A DNA stretch of 49,773 bases from Candidatus Magasanikiibacteriota bacterium (GCA_046590235.1 JBKJTY010000021.1:1-49773), one strand, 5' to 3'; shown: positions 9,100-18,650, counted from the first letter of the stretch. The notes: generated by a model not told the origin, from the letters alone. Program-made: numbers and translations.

Positions 9100-10293
9100 T
9101 TATGCTTTGTAGACAAACTTCCAAATCTCGCGTCCGACATGCTGTCCGGCACGTTGATAGAGGACGTATGGTTCTGCAGAACTACTTTTTGGTAAAAGTG
9201 GCGAAGCGGTAAAACCAAGTTTAGATACATTTTCTAAAACTAATTGCGAAGTTCGGACAGTACCAAAGCGTGGAAAGCTGTAGACGACTGTTCCGCCTGG
9301 TTTAAGGATAGTAGTAAATGATGTAAAAGTTGCAGTATAAAGTTCTGACAGTTCCGCCGCGCTTTTTTGTAGTTGGTCTGGAGTTTCGCGGCCTTTAAGT
9401 GGTGGACCCATGTATGGTTCAGAGACAATTGAGCCAACAGAATGCGCGGGAATTACTTTTGGAGCGGTGCGTATATCATGAACAAACAATGTTGATTCAG
9501 GTAACTTTGTGTTAAAGTTTTGTTCTAGCCATGCAATATTTTTCTTGCTATCATCAACCGCCTTTTCACTAATGTCGCTACCAAGAACTGCAGTATAACC
9601 CAGTAATAATGCCTCGGAAACAATCGTACCTGAACCACAGGAAGGATCATAGATAGGTTCGTTTTTCTTGGCACTAGCACAATTAATCATCATGATAGCA
9701 AGTTTTGGGGGAAGCATACCGCTCACATCATCGCGTCCCGGACGACCAAAATCACGATCACTAAAAGCTTCAAACGGTTGGACAGAAATAGTTTTTGCGA
9801 GCGAGTAATTACCGCCTTGGGGAATGATCAAAAATTCACGACCACGATTAATGAGGCCGTTATTAATAACAGAAGCTGATGAAAGCGTGAGTGTGCCGCG
9901 ATTATCAACGTAGCGAACGGAGCGATTTTCTGCCTTCATAGCTTTTTTAATTCGTAAGCCCATGATTGCTAAGTCGCGAGTAGTAGGAAGAGCGCCTTTA
10001 CCCTGCAACACACTTAAACCAAAATGAATTTTACCTTCGACAGTAGCAAGTTCGGTTGTAATAGCTGAAACAAGCTTTTCTTCAGATTGTGGTGAACCGA
10101 TTTCTTCGGCAATTTTAACGATGCCTCCGAGTTGTTTAATGACGAGTGATGGATCAGTCGTAATTTTTGCTTTTGCGATAGATGGAGATATTAATGAAAA
10201 CTCTGCGGTTGGAAAAACCTGGTGTAGTTCGGCAAGAGATAGAAGAGGTTCGTGACCAAGAACAAACCAGTAGGTGGAAGTAGTTTCAGACAT
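9100..10293 (-). CDS. Class I SAM-dependent methyltransferase, Trm11/TrmG10-like (RNA amino-methyltransferase)
   Basis: LPPKLAIMMIN, motif I YDPSCGSGT, GSDIS, and NPPY-like SEPYMG. Confidence 0.8.
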   Translation of the reverse strand: MSETTSTYWFVLGHEPLLSLAELHQVFPTAEFSLISPSIAKAKITTDPSLVIKQLGGIVKIAEEIGSPQSEEKLVSAITTELATVEGKIHFGLSVLQGKGALPTTRDLAIMGLRIKKAMKAENRSVRYVDNRGTLTLSSASVINNGLINRGREFLIIPQGGNYSLAKTISVQPFEAFSDRDFGRPGRDDVSGMLPPKLAIMMINCASAKKNEPIYDPSCGSGTIVSEALLLGYTAVLGSDISEKAVDDSKKNIAWLEQNFNTKLPESTLFVHDIRTAPKVIPAHSVGSIVSEPYMGPPLKGRETPDQLQKSAAELSELYTATFTSFTTILKPGGTVVYSFPRFGTVRTSQLVLENVSKLGFTASPLLPKSSSAEPYVLYQRAGQHVGREIWKFVYKA

Positions 10294-10299
10294 AGCAAC

Positions 10300-10620
10300 T
10301 TAACGTTTCGTCGATGACGGCGTGATAACAGGAATAAAAATGTTACGGGAATTTTTGGAAATAGTACTTGTAGTGTTTTTCAGTGCAACTAACTCGGTAG
10401 CTTTAGCATAAACTGACTGGTTGATAACGGCCAAGCTTGCGCTGGAATTAAGTGCTACAATAGAATTTGCATCATCAAGCGTTTGGTAAACGCTGTCATA
10501 AATAAAGAACGCACTAACAAGAATGCTTCCTGCCATTACACCCATTAAAGCCACGCTAAACAGGCGCCAGCCTAAATAAGGGGTCTTTGAGTTGGGTGTA
10601 AATGATTTAGTTAGCTGCAT
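10300..10620 (-). CDS. Small single-TM protein at end of pil operon (PilP position)
   Basis: One TM; overlaps the pilO stop. Function inferred from position only. Confidence 0.55.
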   Translation of the reverse strand: MQLTKSFTPNSKTPYLGWRLFSVALMGVMAGSILVSAFFIYDSVYQTLDDANSIVALNSSASLAVINQSVYAKATELVALKNTTSTISKNSRNIFIPVITPSSTKR

Positions 10621-11146
10621 ACAGGCTCAGATCAAGATTTAGGTTAACCAAGCTCTTTGATGGATCGGTGCGATCGGTAACTGGGGTAAGCGAAAGGCGG
10701 TTAATAGCGATAAAATAAGGAGCTTGTTCGAGATGTGCCAGGTAGGTAAGGGCATTTTGGTATGTCCCGATTAGACTGAGGGTGATAGTAACGCGCTGGT
10801 TTGTGACCTGGTCGAGGTTGGAGGAGACAATTTTTTGGGTAACACTAGCACGTAATGCCAAATCTTCCAAGAGGGTGATCAGCTTTAGCTCGTTTCCATT
10901 ACGGTAGATATACTCATCAAAAGTTGCCACGTCATTTTTAATTTTTTCAATTTGCTTAACTGATTCGTGAGCATTAACGCTGCGGTCGTACTTTTTTTCA
11001 AGATAAATTCTAAGATTATTGGTGTCTTCGTCCGCTTGTTTAATATATGAAACAGTAGGGATGATAACGCCGGCAAAAATTAAAATAGCGAACGCTCCGA
11101 AGACGCCGATAAAGATGAGTAGCTTTTGATCCTGTTTAAGTCGCAT
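10607..11146 (-). CDS. pilO: Type IV pilus assembly protein PilO-like
   Basis: N-terminal TM, coiled segment, GTYQNALTYLAHLEQAPYFIAI; downstream of pilMN. Confidence 0.75.
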   Translation of the reverse strand: MRLKQDQKLLIFIGVFGAFAILIFAGVIIPTVSYIKQADEDTNNLRIYLEKKYDRSVNAHESVKQIEKIKNDVATFDEYIYRNGNELKLITLLEDLALRASVTQKIVSSNLDQVTNQRVTITLSLIGTYQNALTYLAHLEQAPYFIAINRLSLTPVTDRTDPSKSLVNLNLDLSLYAAN

Positions 11147-11150
11147 AGGC

Positions 11151-11735
11151 TTAGTCGTTTGAAATTGGTGGGCGTGCTGGTTTTGCAGCCGGCTTTAACC
11201 CTGAAAAACCTTTAAGTGTGCCATGAATTTCGAAACTAATATTTTCTTTTTGAAATAATTGCGATATCGGAGCGGAAGTCGTATCAACCCAAGAAACAGT
11301 AGATAAAATATTTTTGAAATCAAGTAATGCTTGGCGCGAGTCCGCAACACCGGCCAGGGTAAAGCTGTTGGTAGTACGATTAATATCAATTGCGCGGAGT
11401 GTGATAGTTGCCGGAATTGCTGTGGTTAGCTCGGTTAGTTTAGGTAAAAAAGTAGTATATTCTTGACCGGACGTAACTATATGTTTTGATAAAGAATTAA
11501 TACGAACTACCTCTTGCTCTACACGGCTTTGCTGGTGATTTACGAGTAGGGTGCTTTGGGCTAAATCAGTTAACGTTTGGCTAAGGACAAGTAATCCGAG
11601 CAAGTTAAATATCGCCAAAATGGCGATAGTAAAAACAGTAAACTCGAGCAGTTCTTTAATAAAAATATAACGCACGAGTTTTAAAAATCGTTTTTTCTTT
11701 TCAGGCGCCAATAGGTTGAGTTGCAAGTCAGTCAT
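11151..11735 (-). CDS. pilN: Type IV pilus assembly protein PilN-like
   Basis: LNLLAPE (INLLP-like) N-terminal motif, TM, LAGVADSRQALLDF. Confidence 0.8.
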   Translation of the reverse strand: MTDLQLNLLAPEKKKRFLKLVRYIFIKELLEFTVFTIAILAIFNLLGLLVLSQTLTDLAQSTLLVNHQQSRVEQEVVRINSLSKHIVTSGQEYTTFLPKLTELTTAIPATITLRAIDINRTTNSFTLAGVADSRQALLDFKNILSTVSWVDTTSAPISQLFQKENISFEIHGTLKGFSGLKPAAKPARPPISND

Positions 11736-11736
11736 A

Positions 11737-12828
11737 TTATGATTCTTGTTGCAATGGATTTTTAGCTGCGCGCAATGCTAAGCCAAGTGCGGTTGTTAGG
11801 GTAAGCCCTTGAGCAGTCTGAGATGCTGTAACGGTGGCTTTAGAAAAGTTTTTCCAAGCATTACCTGGTCGTGCGGAAATTTTTATTTTTTGGGATAAGA
11901 CAGTTGCTAAGTTTGGAAGATCAGCCAGAGAACCGCTCATGGTAATATGGGTAATTGGATTGCTTTTTGTAAAATGGTCACGATAAAAACAAAACGCTTG
12001 TTTAAGCTCAGTTGCTAATTTCTCTAATTGACCATTAACAATGCTAATGTATTTTGGTTGTTGTTTGTTGTACTGCAAGCCTTGCACATTAAGCAGCTTA
12101 GCCGCTTCATCATGAGGGATTTTTAGCCCTACAGAAAGGGCGGTGGTTACAATTTCAGTTGAAAATTGGATACTAGCTGTAAATTGAATAGTATTTTTAT
12201 CGTAAATAATAAGGCTTGAACGAGTTTCGCCAATATCAAATAAAGCACGGGCTTCATTAATGTATTCTTTGTCTTCGGTAATCATAACCCGGGCAATCGC
12301 TTGGGCTTCAAGTTCAAGAGCGAGAGGGTTTAGACCGGCAGCTTCGAGTAAATAGGTATAGGAATCAGCTGTAGTTTTTGAGACGGCGGAAAGAAGAAGT
12401 TCGGTTGAGTTTTCCCCTGGCGTAATAATTTGCCAATCGAGGTATGCTTCTTCAACAACAAAAGGGAGGTGTTTAGCAGCGTGGTATAAAATATCGTCTG
12501 GCAACAAATCTTTTGTCGAGCCGTCAATTTGGATAAGTTTAACAAATGTTTTTGGTTCAGGAAGATTCGCAACTACCCAAGGTGACTTGATTGGTTTGTG
12601 TGTGCCATCACTACCTAGCAGATGAAGGATTTTACGACGAACCACTTCAGGTTGCTCAATCTCACCATTAACAATACAGCCTGGCGGAAGTGTGGTTGTG
12701 CGAGATGCAGAGATAGAAAATGTCGGAGGTTTCAAAAAAGCAACTTGTTTTTTAAGCTGAACAAGTGTTATCGATAAATCGTTGATGTTGAGACCGAAAG
12801 CCCCAGGAAATGGATTGCTTAAAAACAT
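11737..12828 (-). CDS. pilM: Type IV pilus assembly protein PilM
   Basis: Actin-like fold motifs FGLNI, LFDIGETRS, ITMSGS, TALGLALR. Confidence 0.85.
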   Translation of the reverse strand: MFLSNPFPGAFGLNINDLSITLVQLKKQVAFLKPPTFSISASRTTTLPPGCIVNGEIEQPEVVRRKILHLLGSDGTHKPIKSPWVVANLPEPKTFVKLIQIDGSTKDLLPDDILYHAAKHLPFVVEEAYLDWQIITPGENSTELLLSAVSKTTADSYTYLLEAAGLNPLALELEAQAIARVMITEDKEYINEARALFDIGETRSSLIIYDKNTIQFTASIQFSTEIVTTALSVGLKIPHDEAAKLLNVQGLQYNKQQPKYISIVNGQLEKLATELKQAFCFYRDHFTKSNPITHITMSGSLADLPNLATVLSQKIKISARPGNAWKNFSKATVTASQTAQGLTLTTALGLALRAAKNPLQQES

Positions 12829-12835
12829 AGTAGTG

Positions 12836-12863
12836 TGTCATTCCCGCCTTCACGGGAATGACA
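12836..12863. repeat. REP-like palindrome (GTCATTCCCG family), short form
   Basis: tgtcattcccg-ccttca-cgggaatgaca; matches both ends of the element at 47760-47834. Confidence 0.75.
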
Positions 12864-12865
12864 AT

Positions 12866-13966
12866 TTAAACAGCTTGTGAAAGTGAGTACATCGGCATGA
12901 TAACGGCTACGGCCATACCGGCAACCGCCAAACCCATGATAATAATCATGACCGGCTCAATGATTGTTGAGAAATTTTTCATCGTTGCGTCAACTTCTTC
13001 ACCGTAATAATCCGCAAGTTCACCCAACATGTGTTCCATCTGGCCAGACTGTTCACCAACCATGATCATCTGCACTACCATTGGAGTGAAATAGGTTGGA
13101 TAAACTGAGAGCGCCTCAGAAAGCGGCACACCTTTTTTAAGTACTTCGGAAACCGCCATAATGTTTTCTCGATAACGAACATTGCCCTGTACTTGCGCAG
13201 TGATTTTAACCGCATCAATAATTGGAATGGAGCTCTGCAAGAGAGAAGAGAGTGTCATGGTAAAGCGAGCCGTGTTAATTTTCTTGATAACCGCACCAAA
13301 AACTGGGATTTTTAACATCATGAAATGAACTTGTCGCTTAATAGGCGGTTTACGTTCCAACCAGATAAGTAAGCTGGTAAGTAGCGCTATGCCGATCAAC
13401 ATGAACACCCCGTAACTCTGGGTAAAGTTAACAATGGCAATAAGAATTTGAGTCGGAAGAGGAAGTTCAGCATTAAAATCATTAAACATGATAAGAATTT
13501 TTGGCAAAACGAAAAAGACCATTTCAGCACCGATACCGAGCATAGCTGTCATAACAACAGCTGGGTAAATTAAGGCACCTTGGATTCGCGCTGTTAATTC
13601 GTGGCTTTTTTTCATTTGACTATGAACCTGCTCCAGCGCTTGCTGCATGCGACCAGCTGTTTCACCCGCGGCAATCATGCTGACGTAAATTGGCGGAAAC
13701 ACTTTTGGATAATCGGCCAAAACCTCACTTAATTGTCGCCCTTTTTCTACTTGTAATTTAATTTCACCAATAATTTTCTTAAGTCGTCTATTTTCAACCT
13801 GTTCAGATAAAATTCTAAGACCGTCAACGATGGATAAACCAGCTTTGACCATGATAGAAAGGTTGTGCACGAATAGCATTTTCTGGACAAACGGAATACG
13901 AACCAAATGGTCGTTCAGCCAGACCTCTATTGGACTTAGTTCTTTGGCGACTTTTGCTTTTGGCAT
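12866..13966 (-). CDS. pilC: Type IV pilus platform protein PilC (GspF family)
   Basis: MIAAGETAGRM, ALIYPAVV, LPLPTQIL, MVGEQSGQM, IIEPVMII. Confidence 0.93.
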   Translation of the reverse strand: MPKAKVAKELSPIEVWLNDHLVRIPFVQKMLFVHNLSIMVKAGLSIVDGLRILSEQVENRRLKKIIGEIKLQVEKGRQLSEVLADYPKVFPPIYVSMIAAGETAGRMQQALEQVHSQMKKSHELTARIQGALIYPAVVMTAMLGIGAEMVFFVLPKILIMFNDFNAELPLPTQILIAIVNFTQSYGVFMLIGIALLTSLLIWLERKPPIKRQVHFMMLKIPVFGAVIKKINTARFTMTLSSLLQSSIPIIDAVKITAQVQGNVRYRENIMAVSEVLKKGVPLSEALSVYPTYFTPMVVQMIMVGEQSGQMEHMLGELADYYGEEVDATMKNFSTIIEPVMIIIMGLAVAGMAVAVIMPMYSLSQAV

Positions 13967-13968
13967 AT

Positions 13969-15693
13969 TTACTCCTTAGTAACGCGAACAATTTCACTGA
14001 TGGTAGTGATACCCATTTTTGCCTTAACCAAGGCATCCTCGAGCATAGTTAACATGCCATTTTTACGAGCTTGCGCGGCAATCTCGTCGGCTGGTGCGCG
14101 TTTGTTAACCATAGTAACGATATCCGGTGTAATTTCGAGCACTTCGTAAATACCTTGGCGTCCTTTATAGCCAGTGTCACCACAGCGACGACAGCCCTCA
14201 CCCTGATAAAAAGTTACCGCATCTAATGCTGCACCTTTTCCTGCGGGGATGTTTTGTTTAAACAAGTTTAATAATTTAGAAGTATCAAAAATGCGAGCAA
14301 GATTGTCCACTGCCGCTTTATCAAGTTTGTATTCTTTTTTACAAAATTCACAAATTCTACGAACTAAACGTTGAGCGACAATGATGTTCGCAGTATAGGC
14401 AACCAAGAATGGTGGTACACCCATATCTAAAAGGCGAGGTAGGGAAGTGGCCGCATCATTAGTGTGTAGTGTGGAAAGCACTAAGTGGCCGGTCATAGCG
14501 GCATTGATAGCGATTTCAGCAGTTTCTTGATCGCGGATTTCACCGACCATGATAATGTTTGGATCTTGGCGAAGTAGGGCGCGTAAACCAGACGCAAAAG
14601 TGAAGCCAACCTTTGGGTTGATTTGGCTTTGGTTTACTCCCTGCATGCGATATTCAATCGGATCTTCAACAGTGGAAATATTTACGCCTGGTTGGTTTAA
14701 AATACCAAGTACTGAATACAATGTAGTTGTTTTACCAGAACCGGTAGGACCGGTAACCAGGATCATACCGTGCGGTTTTTTGATAGCTTGTTCCACCTTG
14801 GCACGAGCGCTTTCCAAAAAGCCTAGCTGATCGAGGGTAAGCGCGCTCGTACCTTCGTGCAAGATACGCATAACGATCTTTTCACCATCATACACGGGCA
14901 ACATGGAAACACGGAACGCAACACGTTCATCGGCTACCTGGATTTTGAAGCGACCATCCTGAGGAACCATATGTTCATCAAGTTTGGCATTACAAAGAAT
15001 TTTAATACGAGCAATAACGCCGTTCTGTAAACTCTTCGGCAAAGTCATGATTGGTTTTAAAATACCATCAATACGGTAACGGACAGTCAGTTCTTTTTCA
15101 GTTGGTTCTATGTGGATATCTGAAGCACCTTCAAAAACAGCATTTTCCAAAATACTGTTTACCACGTTGATAACATTGACTGCTTCAGCAGCTTTTTTGA
15201 GGTCGCTGCCTACTTCGCCACCGCTTTCACCATCTTGGATAACCTTCAGCTGTTCGGTTTCCAGTTCAGCATGATAACGTCGTAGCGCTTCTTTTAAATC
15301 AGATGGGGCAGTAATGTAGACTTTTGGCTCTAAACCGGTTTTTCTACGTAAAAATTCAATAGTTTGGATGTCAGACGGATCAGTCATGGCCAAACGGATT
15401 TCAGTTTGGCTTTTATCGAAAGCAACCACTTGGTGGGCTCCGGCAAGTGGGCCCGGAACAAGCGCTAGAATATCTTTTTTAATTTCACGACCTTTTAAGG
15501 CCATGAAGGGGATATCTAATTCAGCGCCGATTTTAGTATACAGCTCTTTTTCGTCGACAATATTATCGCCGGTTAAAACTTCCTCAAAGGATTTGTGAAG
15601 TTTAACTGATTTCTCTTCAATTTTACGGATTTCGCCAATCGAAATACTGAACTCTTTTTTGAGTATTTTCTTAAGATCGGCTGTGTTTGGCAT
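13969..15693 (-). CDS. pilB: Type IV pilus assembly ATPase PilB (GspE family)
   Basis: ASDIHIEP, GPTGSGKTTTLY, TVEDPIEY, LRQDPNIIMVGEIRD, tetracysteine motif. Start placed at MPNTAD. Confidence 0.95.
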   Translation of the reverse strand: MPNTADLKKILKKEFSISIGEIRKIEEKSVKLHKSFEEVLTGDNIVDEKELYTKIGAELDIPFMALKGREIKKDILALVPGPLAGAHQVVAFDKSQTEIRLAMTDPSDIQTIEFLRRKTGLEPKVYITAPSDLKEALRRYHAELETEQLKVIQDGESGGEVGSDLKKAAEAVNVINVVNSILENAVFEGASDIHIEPTEKELTVRYRIDGILKPIMTLPKSLQNGVIARIKILCNAKLDEHMVPQDGRFKIQVADERVAFRVSMLPVYDGEKIVMRILHEGTSALTLDQLGFLESARAKVEQAIKKPHGMILVTGPTGSGKTTTLYSVLGILNQPGVNISTVEDPIEYRMQGVNQSQINPKVGFTFASGLRALLRQDPNIIMVGEIRDQETAEIAINAAMTGHLVLSTLHTNDAATSLPRLLDMGVPPFLVAYTANIIVAQRLVRRICEFCKKEYKLDKAAVDNLARIFDTSKLLNLFKQNIPAGKGAALDAVTFYQGEGCRRCGDTGYKGRQGIYEVLEITPDIVTMVNKRAPADEIAAQARKNGMLTMLEDALVKAKMGITTISEIVRVTKE

Positions 15694-15770
15694 ACGGGAT
15701 GCAAATGATTGCGAGACAAGTACGCAATTGTGGATAGTATAGCACATTCCTGCCATTTCCGCATTAGAAT

Positions 15771-15795
15771 GTCATCCTGAGGAATCGAAGGATCT
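15771..15795. repeat. Half REP-like element (GTCATCCTGAG...GAAGGATCT type)
   Basis: gtcatcctgaggaatcgaaggatct shares the GTCAT start and internal layout with the other palindromes. Confidence 0.45.
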
Positions 15796-15842
15796 TCCTT
15801 TCATTATCATTCTTCTATTTTCTTACTGTTGCACAGTCCGCC

Positions 15843-15946
15843 TGTCACTTTTCTTTGTAACCAAAGCAAAGTAACCAAAAGAAAGTTTCGGGGGTGCGCA
15901 AAACTCGCCTGCGGGCTCAAACAGTTGCTTCCCCCCGAACCCCTTT
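15843..15946. repeat. Miniature intergenic multi-hairpin element
   Basis: ctttg..caaag, ttcggggg...cccccgaa and aaactcgcctgcgggctcaaaca. Resembles a dispersed intergenic repeat type I recall from other bacteria. Confidence 0.45.
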
Positions 15947-15965
15947 AGACCATTGATAATAAGTC

Positions 15966-15993
15966 TTGACAAAAACCACTTTTGTGCTACAAT
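15966..15993 (+). promoter_or_regulatory. Promoter of rpsF-ssb-rpsR
   Basis: TTGACA-16 bp-TACAAT with TG extension. Confidence 0.7.
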
Positions 15994-16190
15994 AAGCGCA
16001 CTTTCCATGTCCGTGCCAATTTTTGGCCAGGATGTAAAAAGTGGCCATTGATCTCCCTTTGGTCGACGCACTTTATCTTTTATTCATCCTTCATACCTTA
16101 AACTTGCTTCCGGGTATCTAACGGCTAAGCAGTTTATCCAGTTCGCGGTGCTTTACGACCACTTCGAAAGGTTTGAAACAATGTAGAATT

Positions 16191-16703
16191 ATGCAAAAAT
16201 ACGAGTTATTGCTGATCTTGCCAGGTACCCTCGACGACAAAGAAGTCGAAGCGCGTTCCCAGGAAATCGTCAGTATGGTCAAAGAACATGCTGAAGATGT
16301 AGGAATCGAAAGCATGGGTAAAAATCGTTTGGCGTATCCAATCAAACAGATTCGCTACGGTTATTACTTCGCTATCACTTTCAAAGCTACTTCAAAAGAA
16401 GTTAAAGCTTTGGAAAACAAATTGAATCTGTTGCGCGACGTTTTACGTGCGATCATCAGCCACTTCAATATCCAGATCTCTGCACAACAGAAATTAGCTT
16501 ACACTCAGCCACAAGCTGTTGAAGCTAAAGAAGTTAGTGAAGAAGTAGTACCAGCTCCAAAAGCTGTCGTTACTATGGAAGAAAAAGCAGCAAAGGCTCC
16601 AGAAAGCAAAGTTGCTAAGAAAGCTGACAAACAGCTCGACATGGATCAGATCAACAAGAAATTAGATGATCTGATGGCCGGCGATGTTATCTCTGGTGTT
16701 TAA
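16191..16703 (+). CDS. rpsF: 30S ribosomal protein S6 with long C-terminal extension
   Basis: MQKYELLLIL, GKNRLAYPIK...GYY, VLRAII; rpsF-ssb-rpsR order. Confidence 0.95.
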   Translation: MQKYELLLILPGTLDDKEVEARSQEIVSMVKEHAEDVGIESMGKNRLAYPIKQIRYGYYFAITFKATSKEVKALENKLNLLRDVLRAIISHFNIQISAQQKLAYTQPQAVEAKEVSEEVVPAPKAVVTMEEKAAKAPESKVAKKADKQLDMDQINKKLDDLMAGDVISGV

Positions 16704-16727
16704 TAAACCATTTTAATACCTCGTCCT

Positions 16728-17180
16728 ATGGACCTCAATCGTGCGACAATTATCGGACGTTTAACCCGTGACCCTGAATTACGCAGCCTTCCAAGTGGCC
16801 GTTCTGTTGCCTCCTTTTCGGTAGCAACAAACCGCATGTGGACTGATGCTAACGGTCAAAAACAAAAACAGGTTGAATATCATAATATCGTTGTGTGGTC
16901 CAAACTTGCGGAAACCGCGAGCCAATACTTGAAAAAAGGTTCTCGTCTCTATGTTGAGGGCCGACTCCAGACCCGTGAATGGGCTGGTCAAGATGGCGTC
17001 AAGAAAACACGTACTGAAATTATCTCTGATAATTTCATCATGCTTGATGGCAAACCTGGTGAAACAGGCGGTTACACCCCGGCAACGGGTGGTAGCAGTA
17101 ATGCTTCATACCAAGCTCCAGCCTCCGCTCCACAAGAAGTAATGGAAGAGGAAATTAAAGTGGAAGACATTCCTTTTTAA
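16728..17180 (+). CDS. ssb: Single-stranded DNA-binding protein
   Basis: LNRATIIGRLTRDPELR, VEGRLQTREW, C-terminal EDIPF. Confidence 0.97.
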   Translation: MDLNRATIIGRLTRDPELRSLPSGRSVASFSVATNRMWTDANGQKQKQVEYHNIVVWSKLAETASQYLKKGSRLYVEGRLQTREWAGQDGVKKTRTEIISDNFIMLDGKPGETGGYTPATGGSSNASYQAPASAPQEVMEEEIKVEDIPF

Positions 17181-17185
17181 AATAT

Positions 17186-17419
17186 ATGCTTAATAACCCT
17201 CCTCCAAAAGATAACAAGAAGAAAGCTTGTATCTACTGCACCAACCCAAAGATGGTCGTAGACTATAAGGATATCGGCACATTGCGTCGTTTCGTTTCTT
17301 CTTACATGAAGATCGCTCCACGACGTCGCTCTGGCCTCTGTGCAAAGCACCAGCGCCAAGTTGCGACTGAAATCAAGAAAGCACGCCAGGCATGTCTCAT
17401 GCCTTTCATCGCGCGCTAA
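17186..17419 (+). CDS. rpsR: 30S ribosomal protein S18 (Zn-binding C+ form)
   Basis: CIYC...VDYKD...KIAPRRRSGLCAKHQR...IKKAR. Confidence 0.95.
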   Translation: MLNNPPPKDNKKKACIYCTNPKMVVDYKDIGTLRRFVSSYMKIAPRRRSGLCAKHQRQVATEIKKARQACLMPFIAR

Positions 17420-17434
17420 TCTCCTAGATTTTTT

Positions 17435-17468
17435 AAACACGGTATACGTATTTCGTGTACCGTGTTTT
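17435..17468 (+). terminator. Hairpin/terminator after rpsR
   Basis: aaacacggtatacg/cgtgtaccgtgtttt inverted repeat. Confidence 0.6.
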
Positions 17469-17481
17469 CATTTTAGTTACT

Positions 17482-17566
17482 TGTCATTGCGAGCGAAGCG
17501 AAGCAATCCAACTGTTTTGCAGACAAACTACGGGATTGCTTCGTCGCTTCGCTTCTCGCAATGACA
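17482..17566. repeat. REP/REPIN-like palindromic element (GTCATTGCGAG family)
   Basis: tgtcattgcgag-cgaagcgaagcaatcc ... ggattgcttcg..cgcttcg..ctcgcaatgaca. Confidence 0.8.
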
Positions 17567-17594
17567 GTGTGCAACGCCGCTATTACATTAAACT

Positions 17595-18638
17595 ATGTCT
17601 ACCTGGCTCGACCTCAAAGAAAATCCACGGCTTAACGATATATATCGCACACGTGGTGCGATTATTCGCGCTATTCGTGAATTTTTTTGGAGTAACGATT
17701 TTTTGGAAACTGACACACCGATTGCTGTTCGCTTTCCAGGACAAGAGCCGTATTTACACCCCGTACCAATGACCATTCATGATCCAAACGGGGATGAAGT
17801 TGGAATGCACCTTATTACTTCGCCAGAGTTCAGTCTTAAAAAATTATTGGCGGCCGGTTTTGAAAAAATATTTTCCATTACCAAATGTTTCCGCGATTAC
17901 GAAAGCTTTGGTGGTACGCATAACACCGAGTTTACGATGATTGAGTGGTATCGAGCGCCGGGCATGCTTACTGAAATAATGGATGATACTGAAGCTTTGT
18001 TTAAAGCGGTGGCGAAACAACTTGGTAAAATATCCGTCAAACATGAGGAAAGGGAAGTTGTTATTACTGAAGCCTGGGAACGAAAAACCATGAAGCAACT
18101 TTGGCAAGAACATCTTGGGGTAAACCTGAACAATTATTTAGAAAGCGAACCATTAAAAGATTTAGTTACTAATAAGGGATTACAGGTTGGCATAGATGAC
18201 GAGTATGAAGATTTGTTCTTTAAGCTCTTTCTCAATTTCATTGAACCACGATTGGGAATAGAAAAGCCGATCTTCGTCTACGACTATCCAAAACGAATGT
18301 CATCGCTCTCCAAAACGTGTGCGCATGACCCACGGTATGCCGAACGGTTTGAGCTTTATATCGGTGGTTTAGAAATCGCGAACGCCTTTGGTGAGCTAAC
18401 CGATCCAGTCGAACAAAGAGAGCGGCTTGAAGCGGATAAAGAGCTTCGAAACAAGCTGGGCAAAGAGGTTTGGGATGTAGATCCTGAATTTATCAAAGCT
18501 TTGGCAGCCCTAAACGCTGAAAACCTCCCCGGGGTGTCGGGTATTGCTTTGGGGGTGGATCGTATGGTAGGATTGTTTACCGGAGCGCATGATATCAATG
18601 AAGTTATTTATCAATCAGTTAGTGATCAATTAGCTTAA
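17595..18638 (+). CDS. epmA: EF-P lysine aminoacylase EpmA (GenX/PoxA)
   Basis: LysRS-like catalytic domain without anticodon domain (LITSPEFSLKKLLAAG, HNTEFTMIEWY, ERFELYIGGLEIANAFGEL, GIALGVDRM); adjacent to efp. Confidence 0.92.
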   Translation: MSTWLDLKENPRLNDIYRTRGAIIRAIREFFWSNDFLETDTPIAVRFPGQEPYLHPVPMTIHDPNGDEVGMHLITSPEFSLKKLLAAGFEKIFSITKCFRDYESFGGTHNTEFTMIEWYRAPGMLTEIMDDTEALFKAVAKQLGKISVKHEEREVVITEAWERKTMKQLWQEHLGVNLNNYLESEPLKDLVTNKGLQVGIDDEYEDLFFKLFLNFIEPRLGIEKPIFVYDYPKRMSSLSKTCAHDPRYAERFELYIGGLEIANAFGELTDPVEQRERLEADKELRNKLGKEVWDVDPEFIKALAALNAENLPGVSGIALGVDRMVGLFTGAHDINEVIYQSVSDQLA

Positions 18639-18650
18639 AACACTTTTTAT

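Noticed and set aside
17340-17772. ORFs 17340-17564 and 17455-17772 (likewise 47699-48044 and 39217-39498)
   Set aside because: They are translations of REP-like or tRNA-linked repeats (CHCERSEAI, CHSREGGNL) and overlap real genes; not credible CDSs.
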